Assembly (NCBI GenBank): GCA_964304625.1
Contig: OZ199838.1
Coordinates: 13,552,802 to 13,616,801 of the forward strand
Reading direction: 5' to 3'
From: Kudoa neothunni
Taxonomy: Eukaryota > Animalia > Cnidaria
DNA length: 64,000 nucleotides
The translations under genes were made by a program, and so were the position numbers. Shown piece after piece: positions 1-12,488 of this stretch; position 1 is the stretch's first letter, and each line of letters opens with the position of its first letter. Under the pieces are notes generated by a model. The model searched no databases, was not told the DNA's origin, and saw only the letters and a list, made by a program, of their open reading frames with translations.

Positions 1-1029
1 AAACAATGTTTTTTCCAACATTCACAGTTCTTGTGTCATTCTAAGACCTCTCACCCAAGTAGATGGACAGATTGCAAACATATGTTAGTCTAGGATCAAC
101 CAATACAAAAAACTTAATCCCATATTTGGCAGGTTTCATCGGCATATACTGCTTGAATTTGCAGCGACCTCTGAATGCAACAAGTTGTTCGTCGACGCAA
201 AAACTTTCATATGGGCGAAAGCTACAATTAAATAAATCAACCCAAATGTTCCAAAGGGCCCCGATATGGCAAAATTTGTCATTAATTTTTCTGAAGTCTT
301 TGGTTTCGGAGTCATCAAAGTGAAGTGCCCGTACAATTTACCGAAATCTCATTAATGACAAGAGATCGCGATATATTTTTCGTCCCTCTTCAGATCCAAA
401 TAATTCCTTAACAGGTTCATGGTTGTCTCTATAATGCCCATTAAAATTAAGCATCCGATGACGTCATCAAGTTCGGTTTCGTCTAATTTTGTCCAAGCAT
501 GATTAAATAACACCTTAAAAGTATCAACAGCTTCGGTAGCATCTGGAGATATGTAGGGAGAAGCGCTTGGACGATTATTTATAATATTTTCAGCTGTACA
601 TAGCGCTCCATTTTTATCAACAAATGAGTCTAATAGTACATTAGTGTGTAATCTTCATTATCAGAAGAATCAATATCAGAATGAGATTAACTACCACTGT
701 AATCACAAGAACTCATTACTTTTCGCGCTTGTGCATTCAGTAAACTGAACAAGTTATTGTCAATTTAAGGGTTATTTAATAATTCGAACTATCTAAAAAG
801 TTCCAAATATATTTGATAAAATATTTTAAGCAATTTTACTTGGAAGCTGTTTTAGCGTTAATTTAAATAACAATAAAAAAATTAAAATGTTGTCTTCGCT
901 CTTTATGTATTATGTATGTTTAAAAGTTTGGCAGAAACATGGATTGTATCTATCCCGTTTGTAATGGGAAAAATTGTCATCAACAATCTCCTGGGGTGGA
1001 AATACACCCCACTCTACTCGGAGAGTTAA
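1..1029 (-). mobile_element. Degenerate piggyBac (PGBD4-like) transposon, 5' part including the left end
   Basis: Minus strand ~50-200 reads VDEQLVAFRGRCKFKQYMPMKPAKYGIKFFVLVD (first catalytic Asp region of piggyBac transposases). The end TTAA-CTCTCCGAGTAGAGTGGGGTGTA (reverse complement, ~1003-1029) resembles the end at ~6285. Confidence 0.8.
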
Positions 1030-1043
1030 CGAAGTCGGAATGA

Positions 1044-2520
1044 TTAACACTCGTACTGAGTTGATAAATTTTACCTTTAAATTTTAAATGGGTTTGGAGT
1101 CATTTCTGACCCCAGGATAAAAATAGTACTTTCACTAATAAATTACTCCATCAAGAGTGGAAATTACGATAAAATTTTTAAAATATAATATCTAATTATA
1201 ATTTTTTATACAATTTTCATATAATGTTGATATATGGGGATTAGAAATAGGTTTCATACGATTTTAGTAACAAGCTGAACGTTTGCTAATACGATCTCTT
1301 GGATGAATGGAACATATTCTCCTTTAATTTAAATCTCTTTCTCGCGAAATTTGACTCTGGTTAACTATGTTATCAATGCCATATTCAATTAAAATTTCTT
1401 CGAAGATATTAACGTAATATTGTCTTCTTGTTCAGTGTGGGTAATAATATTTCTGCCCAGGTCGGATTTTTATAACGAAAATAAATTTGGTCACAGGTCT
1501 GAAAAATAATCATTATAAAAGAATTTAATATTGAAATAAGCTGAACTGCATTTTAAACAAAATTTAATAGAAGAATAATTTGACTTTTTGAGTACTGCAG
1601 AGATATGGTGGCGAATAAAGCAAACAGCTTCTTGCCAGTATATACAAAAAAATACGTTCCAACCAAATCTGTGTTAAAAACAAGGCACTCCCTGCGGTTA
1701 AAATTAAACGTCTTGCGAATGAATTACATGTGTAATCGATTTACCAATTATTTTTGTAAGTATAATAGAAAGCGACAAAAAATATTCATAACTTGTTTTG
1801 TCACAAACGAATTAAAGAATTGAATGGCTTATTTTTAATGATTCTATGTGTAGATTATTTAATTAGATAGTTTGTAGTGACATAATTTCCCTGCTTGAAG
1901 GAAGGCTAATCTTTTTATCATAAGCGTCATTCCAAAAAATACAAGTCAGAAAGTTTCTTTTACGATTTTTTGGATTGCATAGCTTGCGCGAAGCCGCATA
2001 TTTCTGTTAATTCATATTTCAATCCTTCAAGCAGTCTCAATATTGCTGGCTAAATTTGATACTTATTCGTTTTTCTAATTGTAAATTTAATGCAAACAGT
2101 TATCAAACTTGGGTGTAAAAACATATGGCAGCTTTATGTTAACGGATGAATTAATATTAGTCTGACTTTTAAAATATCTTGGAGAGGAACTAGAACCCTA
2201 TTCTATCAAAAACTGGTAACTTCTATAGCAGGGGTTCCCAACTGGGGGTGCGAGTTCAGTTTTAGTTGGGGAGCGCGGTTCTATAGTAAACTTGTTATTG
2301 TTCCTCGATGGCAGAGTGAAACATCATGCGCAGGACCAGACTCCAGGGCCATATTTTGCACATCCCTGCTCTTCTAGAAAACCTTAGAAGGGTCTGAAAC
2401 GTTAGAAAGATTTTTATATAAAAGATGATATTTAAACATATTTACGTCGAATCGTTAATGCATTAATATAATTATTTATTTTGGGGTCAAAATAAATCCT
2501 AAACTCAGCATGAGTGTTAA
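1044..2520. mobile_element. TTAA-flanked non-autonomous element (piggyBac-like) containing hAT fragments
   Basis: Inverted termini TTAACACTCGTACTGAGTT (1044) and the reverse complement TTAACACTCATGCTGAGTT (2520), with subterminal GGGGTCA/TGACCCC motifs. Inside: a hAT dimerisation-like remnant (VANKANSFLPVY...LKTRHSLRL, ~1605-1710) and a hAT end CAGGGGTTCCCAA (~2229). Confidence 0.6.
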
Positions 2521-2886
2521 CTGTGTGCAACAAGCATTATTTTTGGAGTTACACATTACATCTTAATAATATGAAATATCTTAGTAGACATTCTCATCCG
2601 TTACAATAGCCGATCTGCACATGGGGACTAAACGGAAAAGTTACAATATCCGCGTTAATAATCATTGCCGGAAAAAGCTGAAGCCCCAGAGCGTATTAAA
2701 AAACACGCCACCGCACGAAACTCCCTGATGGCCTCGAGACCAAAATTTACTTAGAAATAACTAAGTTATCCAAAATCTGATCATGTTAAATTGTACAATT
2801 CATATGAACGACCAAGATAATTAATCAAAACGCCAGATACAAACACACATGCCCAATGTATGAATAACTATAATCTATGAGTGTTT

Positions 2887-3877
2887 TTATGCACGCATGC
2901 CAGCTTTAGACATAAGATAGTTCTGAATACGTTTAGCCCGATCTTCAGCATTGGTCAAACGGATACCCCTGGCACGAGGAATGGTCACCAATGGTTTGGA
3001 TCCACTACCAATCACAAACACATTCGGGCATCTAGTGGCAAAGGCATGACCGGTGGAATCTTTCAAATGGACAATTTCGAACGATCCCGGGTGTTTTTCT
3101 CTGTGAGTGATTAGACCAATACGACCAGTATTGTGTCCTCCGGTCACCATCGCAATATTTCCAGAGTCAAACTTGATGAAATCCTTCACTTTTCCGCTGG
3201 TCAAATCGAAAACGACCGAATCATTGGGTTTGATATCAGGGTGGGGATAACGGACGGTACGACCATCGTGAGTGGTGATGTATGGAATATTACCAGGACC
3301 AACAGCAACTCTCTTTACACGGCATAATTTGTACTACAACAATCATCATTAAACGTTATAGGGGAAGCAATTCACTTCAGACTCTTCCTTAGAAATACGA
3401 TGAACAGTGAAACGACCACGGCTATCGTAGAGAAGACGGAAAAACTCATTTGTTTTTTCAATGGATATAACATCTGATTCCAAATTAGTTACACTATTCA
3501 AACTCTAATAAAAATACCCATAAAACCAGCTGGATAACAACTATCGGTTCTAATTTTCCCGTCAACTTTGATCACTCTTTGGTGAACAATCCTTTTAACC
3601 TCATCATATGTGAGAGCGTACTTGAGACGGTTTCTCAAAAAAATGATAAGTGGGAGGCACTCTGATTGTTTGTGGGGACCCTGGGATGGTTTAGGGGCCT
3701 AAAAAATCAGTTATTAACTCAAAATCACGATCCTCTCAACACATACAAAAACTCCGGAGAGTTTATCCAACATCCAGTGCTTTGGAGCATTCAACCTCTT
3801 AAGATGCTTCTTTGGTCCTGCAGGCTATCATTAAATACACATGAGTACATGTAAAGACAGTAAAGAACGCTCACCAT
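2887..3877 (-). CDS. RPS4: 40S ribosomal protein S4 (eS4), 5 exons
   Basis: Exons 3877-3875, 3824-3747, 3698-3518, 3473-3376, 3333-2887; GT-AG introns of 50, 48, 44 and 42 nt. Translation [36 protein letters not shown]...[11 protein letters not shown]...[12 protein letters not shown]. Confidence 0.97.
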
Positions 3878-4109
3878 TTCCAGTAGCTGACACGAGGAGC
3901 TCCCGAAGTGATTCGATTGTACATCGTGCAAGCTGATCGTACGAGTATTTCGTTAGTGGGTTGTTCCAATAAATCATTTTTGAATATTTAATTATATAAT
4001 TATATAGGTTTTGTTTAACAAAAATATTGGTTCAAACAAATTACGAGAATAGGTTGTCAACGTGTTTTGGCTTAAAATCCGACTTCAAACGACACAGGTT
4101 GACTCCATG

Positions 4110-5540
4110 TCAGTGTTGCTAACCCGAACCGGACATCCGGCGAAATTGGACAAATCAGAATTTTTTGTAAAAACGGAACTAATATTTAATTATATGTATA
4201 AATATTACGTTAATTTCTAATTAACTCGGAAGCTTCGAGTTTATTACATCATTTGGTCAATGTGTTGAAAAATTTCCTCACTATAACAAAATTATCTAAT
4301 GTAAAGCACAACATTCTATTTCTTCTGATGTTTTCGATAACTCCAGAAGACGAAATGCTCTTTCTGGAGGAGCGTTAATCAGAGCTAGAGTAAGTAAAGA
4401 TGTGCTGTATTTTCCAATAAAATTAAAATTTATTTGCCGATAAACAATGGCCATAAAGGCGATTGTTAATAATTTAATCAAACAAACTTTGTTTTTGAGC
4501 CCATTCAAGTCCTTTAATTTCAAACAATTGTATTACGGTCTTTCGTTTGATTTTTGAATAACACATAACAACTGTACCTAGATGAGGTTTTATTTTTATG
4601 TTCGACCATTCATCCATTAAAATTAAGAAAAACTAGTCAATTTGATAATATTTGGTTAATTTTTAATTTGTTTAGGTAATAGCTAAAATTAGGATTTTTT
4701 GACAATTGATATCAAACAGTTGTAATAATAACTTAGCATTGGATATCACTAACATTAGAGTCTTTTGTGTTTAAATTCAAGCATTCAGAATTTAAACACA
4801 AAAATCTCTTCGTAATAATTCTAAAATGATTCATGACCATGATAAAACTGTGTCTTGTCGCCAATAATGGTAAAATTTCCTGTTAAGTATTTGCTTATGT
4901 ACTCATAAACTTCGCGAAAGTTTGAACACTTCCGCTAATTTGAACGCGGTCCATTTTTAATCTCTGTTTTTCTCTGCACTGCCTGCTTACAAAATACATA
5001 ACACTTCCACAATGTTGGTCTTAACAGGAGCGTAACGTTTAAAAACGTGTTCATTTTGTTTAATTTTTGGCATGCTTTTTAAGCTCAGTTTTTGTGTTAC
5101 GTGGGCTTTAGGAATTATTAAAATTTATAATTGTATCTTGCGGTGGGTGAATTTCTATTGCAGACATTTTAATTTGAAACAGAACATTGTTCCGAGTATA
5201 AAATTACCTACTCGAAGATTTCTCATAATGAAATCAGAAACTATTAAAAATTCCATTTTTTGTGAATTTGCAATAACTCCTTATCTTTGAAACATTTTTC
5301 TGCGATTGTTCAGTCTTTTGAATAACAAGAGTAAAAATCGGACAAAAAAAAGGACGAATAGGTCACGGAAAAAAATCGAAGACGGTTGGCTACGCTGCTC
5401 CATGTGGAGTTTAGTTATGGCTAGTGCGCGGTTGCCTCTCTTAATTAAATTATAATAATTTGTTTGTAAATATTTTCACATATAAAGGGTTAAAAATAGC
5501 TTTGTCGATTTTTTAGTTCGAGTTTGGGACTGTCTGTAAT
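4110..5540 (-). mobile_element. Degenerate hAT-like transposon remnant
   Basis: CAGTGTTGC end at ~4110. ORF 4296-4523 contains LLTLALINAPPERAFRLL, resembling the hAT C-terminal dimerisation motif SNAxxERxFS. Boundaries approximate. Confidence 0.45.
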
Positions 5541-6284
5541 TTTTCATTTTTCAAGTCGTAATGGCTTAACGATACTAGATTAATACACGAAAAATTAAAT
5601 TTCTTCATGGTATGCATTGTTAAATGTTAGCGGTTTTGTGTCAACATATCTCCAATTCTTTATCCTTGTTTTTAAATGATATCTAATACAAAATGGTTTG
5701 TTAAAATTGTAAAGTCCTTATTGATTTCATGTGAGATAAATGAACAAGTTTAAATAGTTCAGCATGAGAAACATTATATGATAATGTTTCTAAATAGACG
5801 CAAGATATTATTACAATTAAATTAGTCGGCAGTAAATTTTATGAACCATTAATTCTGATAAGAATAATTTTAAGTAGAATATGAAAGTAGTATTCTCGAT
5901 AATAAATTAGAAAATAGGACCGCCATTGTATATATACAGCTAATTAAGAAAGGAAATTATAAGATAGCCACGGTGAATTGCTATAAGATACCTTACAAAC
6001 ATATTCCGTTATCCGATATGAATTAGTGTTATGTACTGTAAGTGCCGATTATGTGGAAAATTTTATGAAACAAGTTATGAGCACAAATTTTGAACGCTTA
6101 AATGATAAAATGACTTTGATGCTAAGATAATTGATGATTAATATTAACTACCAGCGCGAAATCCATGTTCACTAAATAAATGGTGATTTTTTATTAAGTA
6201 TCTGTTTGGAGAATAGATCATTCTTTTAACAAACGAATTTCTTAAATATTCGATGATTAACACTATAAGTCACATGAAAATCTA

Positions 6285-7380
6285 CACTTTCCGAGTAAAA
6301 TTGGGGTATAAATACACTCCCGGTTTTTATTCAACCAAATCATTTTATAATAATAGCTAACTATTCTTGTGTAATTTTTAAATAATTAACGAGAAAACAT
6401 TGTTAAACCTTAATAGCGCGTACGTGGGTATGCATGAATCAATTAATGCTCAACCTTATACGCATAACAAAATTGGCTAATTCTTTAGAAATATAAATAC
6501 TCATAGAAATAAACAAATACATGTATTATTTATTACAACAGTTAAGACAAATACATTCCGAATGTTTTATTCAACAAAGATTAGCTCAAATTCCACACTT
6601 TAAAGAAGTTTTCTTGTCATTTTTTCTCACACACAATCGATATCTGCCTTGAAGTGTCGTTTCCCGTTCTGCGGTAGGTCTAATGTAGGGTTGAATACTT
6701 GCACTTTTTCTTGATAACAGTGAACGTACTAATGGCTCATCCATCATTTTCTAGAAATCTCTTTTTCTAATATTTACAGAAGAAAAGAGTTCGTTGAATA
6801 TGCGAAAAGCATTTATCAAGCTAATATCAACCATATTGAACAACACAACTAGTGGCCAACGACGATTGATTCTTCTGACACTAATTGAAGCCAATAACCT
6901 AATAACCTTGTGATGGTATCAACTCCCCCTTTTATCGAATTATACTGCAATACAATGTCGGCCTTAAATGGCGCTTCAGTTGCAGTGTGTATGTTCTTGA
7001 AGATTAACAAAGCATATAGACAGGCTTGTTATTCCTCGGTAAATACCTTAGTATCATCTCTTTGTTATTAAATACAAAAAGAGATGAATATAAAGGGGTG
7101 TCTTTTTAAGGTCGTAGATAGAATGGAATATCACGTTTGTTTGCACGCATGACTCCAATATTTGTAAGTTTTCTACTTAACAATTCATAAGCTAACTCAA
7201 CTGAAGTGACAAAGTTGTCACAAACAATGTTCCGCCCAGAGTTAATGAATGGTTTGTTCCGTAAATTGCAAAACAGTGTTTTTCCAACAATAACAGTTCT
7301 TGTAACATTCCGAGACCGCTTACCCAAATAGACGAAAAAATTCCAAACTTATGTTGATCTAGGATCAACCAAATGTAATA
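6285..7380 (-). mobile_element. Degenerate piggyBac transposase 3' part with right end
   Basis: Fragments GRNIVCDNFVTSVELA (second Asp), QYNSIKGGVDT (third Asp), RRWPLVLLFNMVDISLINA and a decayed Cys-rich C-terminus, with several stops/frameshifts. The terminus CCGAGTAAAATTGGGGTATA is similar to the end at ~1003-1029. Confidence 0.8.
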
Positions 7381-10300
7381 TTCATATCAAAGTTATAATA
7401 GCAACGTTTAGAAAATTTACGATTTTTACTAATTTTTTGTAAGAAACAATTATTTTTATAATGTTAAATTATTTCAATTCATAATTTTTTTAATTAAATA
7501 TGTTATGCAAAGTCAAAAATGTGTTTAAAACACACTGATAGAAACTTATGTGCAATTCTAAATATTTCAAAATTATTCTTTGACAACTTTTTTTTAATTA
7601 AAAATCATATTTTATTACTTTATTAGATTTTGATGTCATAATAAAATGTCTTTTTGATTAAATGTTTTATTAATTAAATTTATATCTATATTAATTTTCT
7701 TTTTGTCAAATAAACTATTTAAAAAATTTATTTCGTTGATTATAAATAATATGGCTAGAATATAATGATAGAAAAAAATATAACTAGGGTGTGCAGATTA
7801 TATTTTCATGAAATGACTACAAACACACTATTTTGTATAATAAAAGTCTTTAATTTCATATGAATTGATAATATTATTTAATAAAATTCTTTCTGTGTGA
7901 GAATTCGGGGCGAATAATGCTTTCAATGTCCAGCGTTGGGTTTTAAATCGGCGATTGAACTGACGTGTTTGAAAATACCTTCATGTTTTAATAGCTAATT
8001 TTAATATGAATTGAACTTTTTAAACATGATCGTTCCACTTAAATAGTTTGTGAATAGTTTTATTTAAGTATTAAATAATAAAAAATAGAAAAACACACGA
8101 GGTCAAACCGGTGCGGTGTGTCATGAAATTAAACGAATTCAAGAAATACATGAATAGTTACGTGTATAAAATTTAATGGATAGAAAAATTAACTCTCAAC
8201 TGTGCCAAATTATCAAGTTAAAACATTTTTTGCCAGCGCTAAAAACAAGCGAACGAAAGAGTGGTTATTGCCAGATCGGAGCACGTGTTGATTATTTCAA
8301 GTCTCGTTGCGAGTTAAGTTTTTGTCGGTTTCCATTTTGAAATATGCTATATTACCCATAAAACAACAATATGCGACTTAATTCAATATAATATATGTAT
8401 ATATATTATATCAATATAACTAGATTCCAAAAGTTAAAATAACATTTTCTATCTTGAGGGTACCTACACGGCATGGTTCAGAGTTTTCCTGCACCGTCCA
8501 AATTAGTCATTACCCCAGGTTGGGAAACACTGCGCTAAACTTATCTCATGTTACATCCTGTTTTTAGGATGCTTTTAACATCAGTTCCACCTTTCTTCAT
8601 TACATTGGATTTTAACATCAAAATATATAATTAAATTAACGACATTTAAATATCTTTTAATTTTTTTTATGCTTAAAAAATAAACTAATACTTAAAAAAA
8701 TTTATATGTAAAATTTTTAAGAAAATGAAACATATGATGTATATTGTAATTTTAATGGCTTATCTTGCAGCAAAATTCTACCGACAGGCCTCCTTTTAAA
8801 TTTCTACTGGTCTGCCAAAATGAAATTAACAGTTAATTTGAATATAGAGCGCTGTAAATTCATTTTAGAGGAATATTACCTTAAACGATTAAATATAATA
8901 CTATTATTGTATGTCTATAATACACCTTGGGAAATTAAAATCCGCGGATTATTGAATTTTAGATAGAATAACGAGAATTTACTTCTTTTAAACAGAACAA
9001 AAATATCTTTTAACTTCAACAATTATTTAATTATTGGGATAGAATCATTTATTGAAAAAAATATACACGGACTTGCGTACTTGTGAACATGCACATTAGC
9101 AGAAAAATAGTTTATTTTAAAGCCAACTACAATTTCTTCACAATTTAATGACGGTGAATTCAACCTAGCATTACTTATACCTTTTGGAAAACTTATGTCA
9201 CACATTCTCGCCTAACCCTCGTATTTTCTGTCAAAGCTAGTGACAAACTCATGCTACATATGATATGTAACATATCTCACGTGGTATACTCACGAAACTC
9301 CCTTTTTCCTTTTAGTTACATATTCTTCTCGGTATTTCCACTCCAGTTCCTTTTTCTGTCTACTTATTAAAATATTATCTCACTTAATAAACAATTTTTT
9401 GCGAAATTTTAAAATGATTGCTAATTTTTTAAACTTATAATTAAAACAGTACTATTCAGTTTAACTTTGTAGACTATAAGCATGTGATTATAGGCCCATT
9501 TCATTCGATTTTACACATGAAATCGAATTATTTATATTCGTTTTAACATTATATTCCCCCCTCTTGTATAATACTGTGACAATCAATGTACAAGGGACGA
9601 TCTATAAGAAGTCGTTATGAAGATAGAAGAGTTTATTGCTATCCGTACAAAAATGAAAAACTAAGTAAAATAAATTTTCCAGATATAAAAACGCTAAATT
9701 AGTTGCTTATCCTAATGTAAACGTAAATCAATCACATAATATTCTTGTTCCATCGAATACTAGAGCATTTAAAAGAGCGTTAGGTCCCAAAATATATTAG
9801 AGTAACTGTGACATCAAATTATGAATATAATTACACATAACACATTTTGTTTACATTATTTGGATTGTATCAAAAAAGTATTTAATACAGATCAACCTAC
9901 AGTAGTTGCTAGTCATCAATGAACTCTTCGACTACGTGGATTGAACTCTGATTAAGAAATATCGCTATGTTAATATTTGAAAAATTCTAACTTGCAGTTA
10001 GATTTAAATACAGGGACAAAATAAATTGTATACAGGGATATTAAATTTCGCATGGGACGTTGGTAACGAGTGTTAATACCTAAATAAGAATTATGTGATG
10101 TATAATCTTAGGCGTGCCGTTTCGTGGGAATTCACATTATTAATTAATTGCGTTAATCTTAATGGAATCTTTGGAAACCAACCGCGGGATTATACTAACA
10201 ACAGTACTGTTCATTGATATATTTAACATTTTCGAATTTGCGACAAACTTATTTAATAGGGTTGGTTCCCATACTAATTTTCCGCCGACTTCATTAAAAT

Positions 10301-10816
10301 TTTTTCAAATTTATTTCTTAATGTTATTTAAGCAATATCTATGCTGATCAAATGATTATATCGTAAAGTATTTCCAAAAAAGGAAATTAGTTTAAAATAT
10401 TTTTATTCTACATAACTAAAATGAATATGGGAATCTTAATTTAATTGTTTCTCGAATTCTCGCCAAATATTCTTTTAAATAAAGTGAAAACTATTAATAA
10501 AAACTTAATTTTCTCTCAAAATTATTAACCACCATGATTTACTATTGCGATTAAGAAGATAAAAATGATAACAAGATAGAAATTGATTTCTTGCATTTAG
10601 ACCTAAATTTTAGTCCCTCAATAGAATTAAACATTACAAAATCTACCTCAATAATTATCGAAAAAGAAATCTACCATATTTAGATACGAATGTCCCAAGG
10701 TAATAATATAGAGTAAAGTACTCATATGATATGAATTAGTGCAAATGGATTAAATTGAGGGACATTATTTATGGATGCCCATTTAATATTGCTAAAAATG
10801 AATATCGTTTTGGGTT

Positions 10817-10861
10817 GATTGGACGCAAGCAAGATATTAGGAGTTTAGTGAATGGGCGGGG
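10817..10861 (+). promoter_or_regulatory. Putative CCAAT box (ATTGG) and GC box upstream of RRM2
   Basis: GATTGG at ~10817 and GGGCGGGG at ~10854, 75-120 bp upstream of the ATG in AT-rich DNA. Motif match only. Confidence 0.35.
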
Positions 10862-10934
10862 ATCCGCTGCGTAATCCGAATTTGCGTTAGCTGTAAACCC
10901 ATGTGGTTTAGCGGGACGATTGCAATCGACTAAA

Positions 10935-12404
10935 ATGAGCCAACCAGTTGACGGTCACACTGAAAAAAATTCCCACAAATCGACTGAACAACGTTTACAG
11001 CATCCCACAACCCATGAGATTGAAACAATGGAACCAATGTTGATACCCGATCCCAACAGATACGTTGTTTTTCCGTTGAAACGTTACGACATATGGGAGA
11101 TGTATAAGAAAGCAGTGGCATCGGTGTGGACCGTGGAAGAGGTTGATTTGTCTAGAGATATAGCAGATTGGAAAAAACTTAATGTATTCCATCAATTCCA
11201 TAGATAGATGCCATGAATAAATAATATTTTTTCAGAAAAACGAACGTCACTTCATATCTCACATATTGGCATTTTTCGCCGCCAGCGACGGTATAGTTAA
11301 TGAGAATTTGGTGGAATGTTTTGCGAGCGAAGTGCAATGGCCGGAAGCGCGATTTTTCTATGGATTCCAAATAGCTATTGAGAATATCCATTCGGAGATG
11401 TATAGTTTGCTTATTGAGACCTACATCAAGGATCCTATCGAGAAAGAGACACTATTCAAAGCATTAGAGCATGTGCCTACAGTGAGAATGAAGGCGAAAT
11501 GGGCTCTTGATTGGATTAATCCTGAAAGGGTGAGAGTCTCAACTCCCTCTTAAATTAGATTAGATTATGCTTGAGATATTTCTTAATTCGTTTTATTTAG
11601 GCACCCTACAGTGTCAGAGTGATGGCGTTTGCTATAGTTGAAGGTGTATTTTTCTCGGGTTCATTTGCCTCCATATTTTGGCTTAAAAAGAGGTTCTTAA
11701 TACTGCTTTTATTGTCCCCTCTGTATACTAAATAATCACACATGATATTAGGGGTTTAATGCCGGGCTTGTGTTTCAGTAACGAGCTTATTAGTCGCGAC
11801 GAGGGATTGCACACTGATTTCGCTTGTCTAATGTTCCAATACGTTCGAGACAAACCCTCATATGAGATAGTTAAACAAATCATGTCTGAAGCTGTCTTAA
11901 TCGAAAAAGAATTTTTCACTGAAGCTCTCCCTGTTAATCTTATTGGTATGAACTGTGGCGAAATGTGCCAATACATTGAATTCGTTGCTGATCGTCTACT
12001 GGATGCTCTTGGTTACGAAAAAGTAATTAAATTTACAAACATTTATTTTTATCATGAATAAAAATCAACAGCATAAACATAAATTCCTGCATTAATGTCG
12101 AATTATATTGCATTTGCCAAATAGCAATATGTATCTAATGAATAATTAGAAACATAATTTTCTCAGCTGAATGCGCAATCACAATATTGTTAGTCAGATA
12201 GATTAATCCGATTTTATGCTTGCTTCAAAATTTCTAACCACTTCTATTTAGTTATACAACACTGCCAACCCATTTGACTTTATGGAGAACATAAGTCTGG
12301 AAGGCAAGACAAACTTTTTCGAGAAACGTGTTGGTGAGTATCAACGAGCGAGTGTATTATCGAAAGTGGAAGAGAGAAAATTCACGCTGGAAGCTGATTT
12401 TTAA
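10935..12404 (+). CDS. RRM2: Ribonucleoside-diphosphate reductase small subunit, 5 exons, 352 aa
   Basis: Exons 10935-11183, 11236-11529, 11601-11692, 11752-12022, 12252-12404. Motifs [46 protein letters not shown] and C-terminal FTLEADF. Short N-terminus with no KEN box seen. Confidence 0.97.
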
Positions 12405-12488
12405 TCCCCACGATAAAAAAAGTCCATGCACAAACACAACTATAATACACTTTACACAATACTAGATTAATATTATTGTTGTGAGTTA

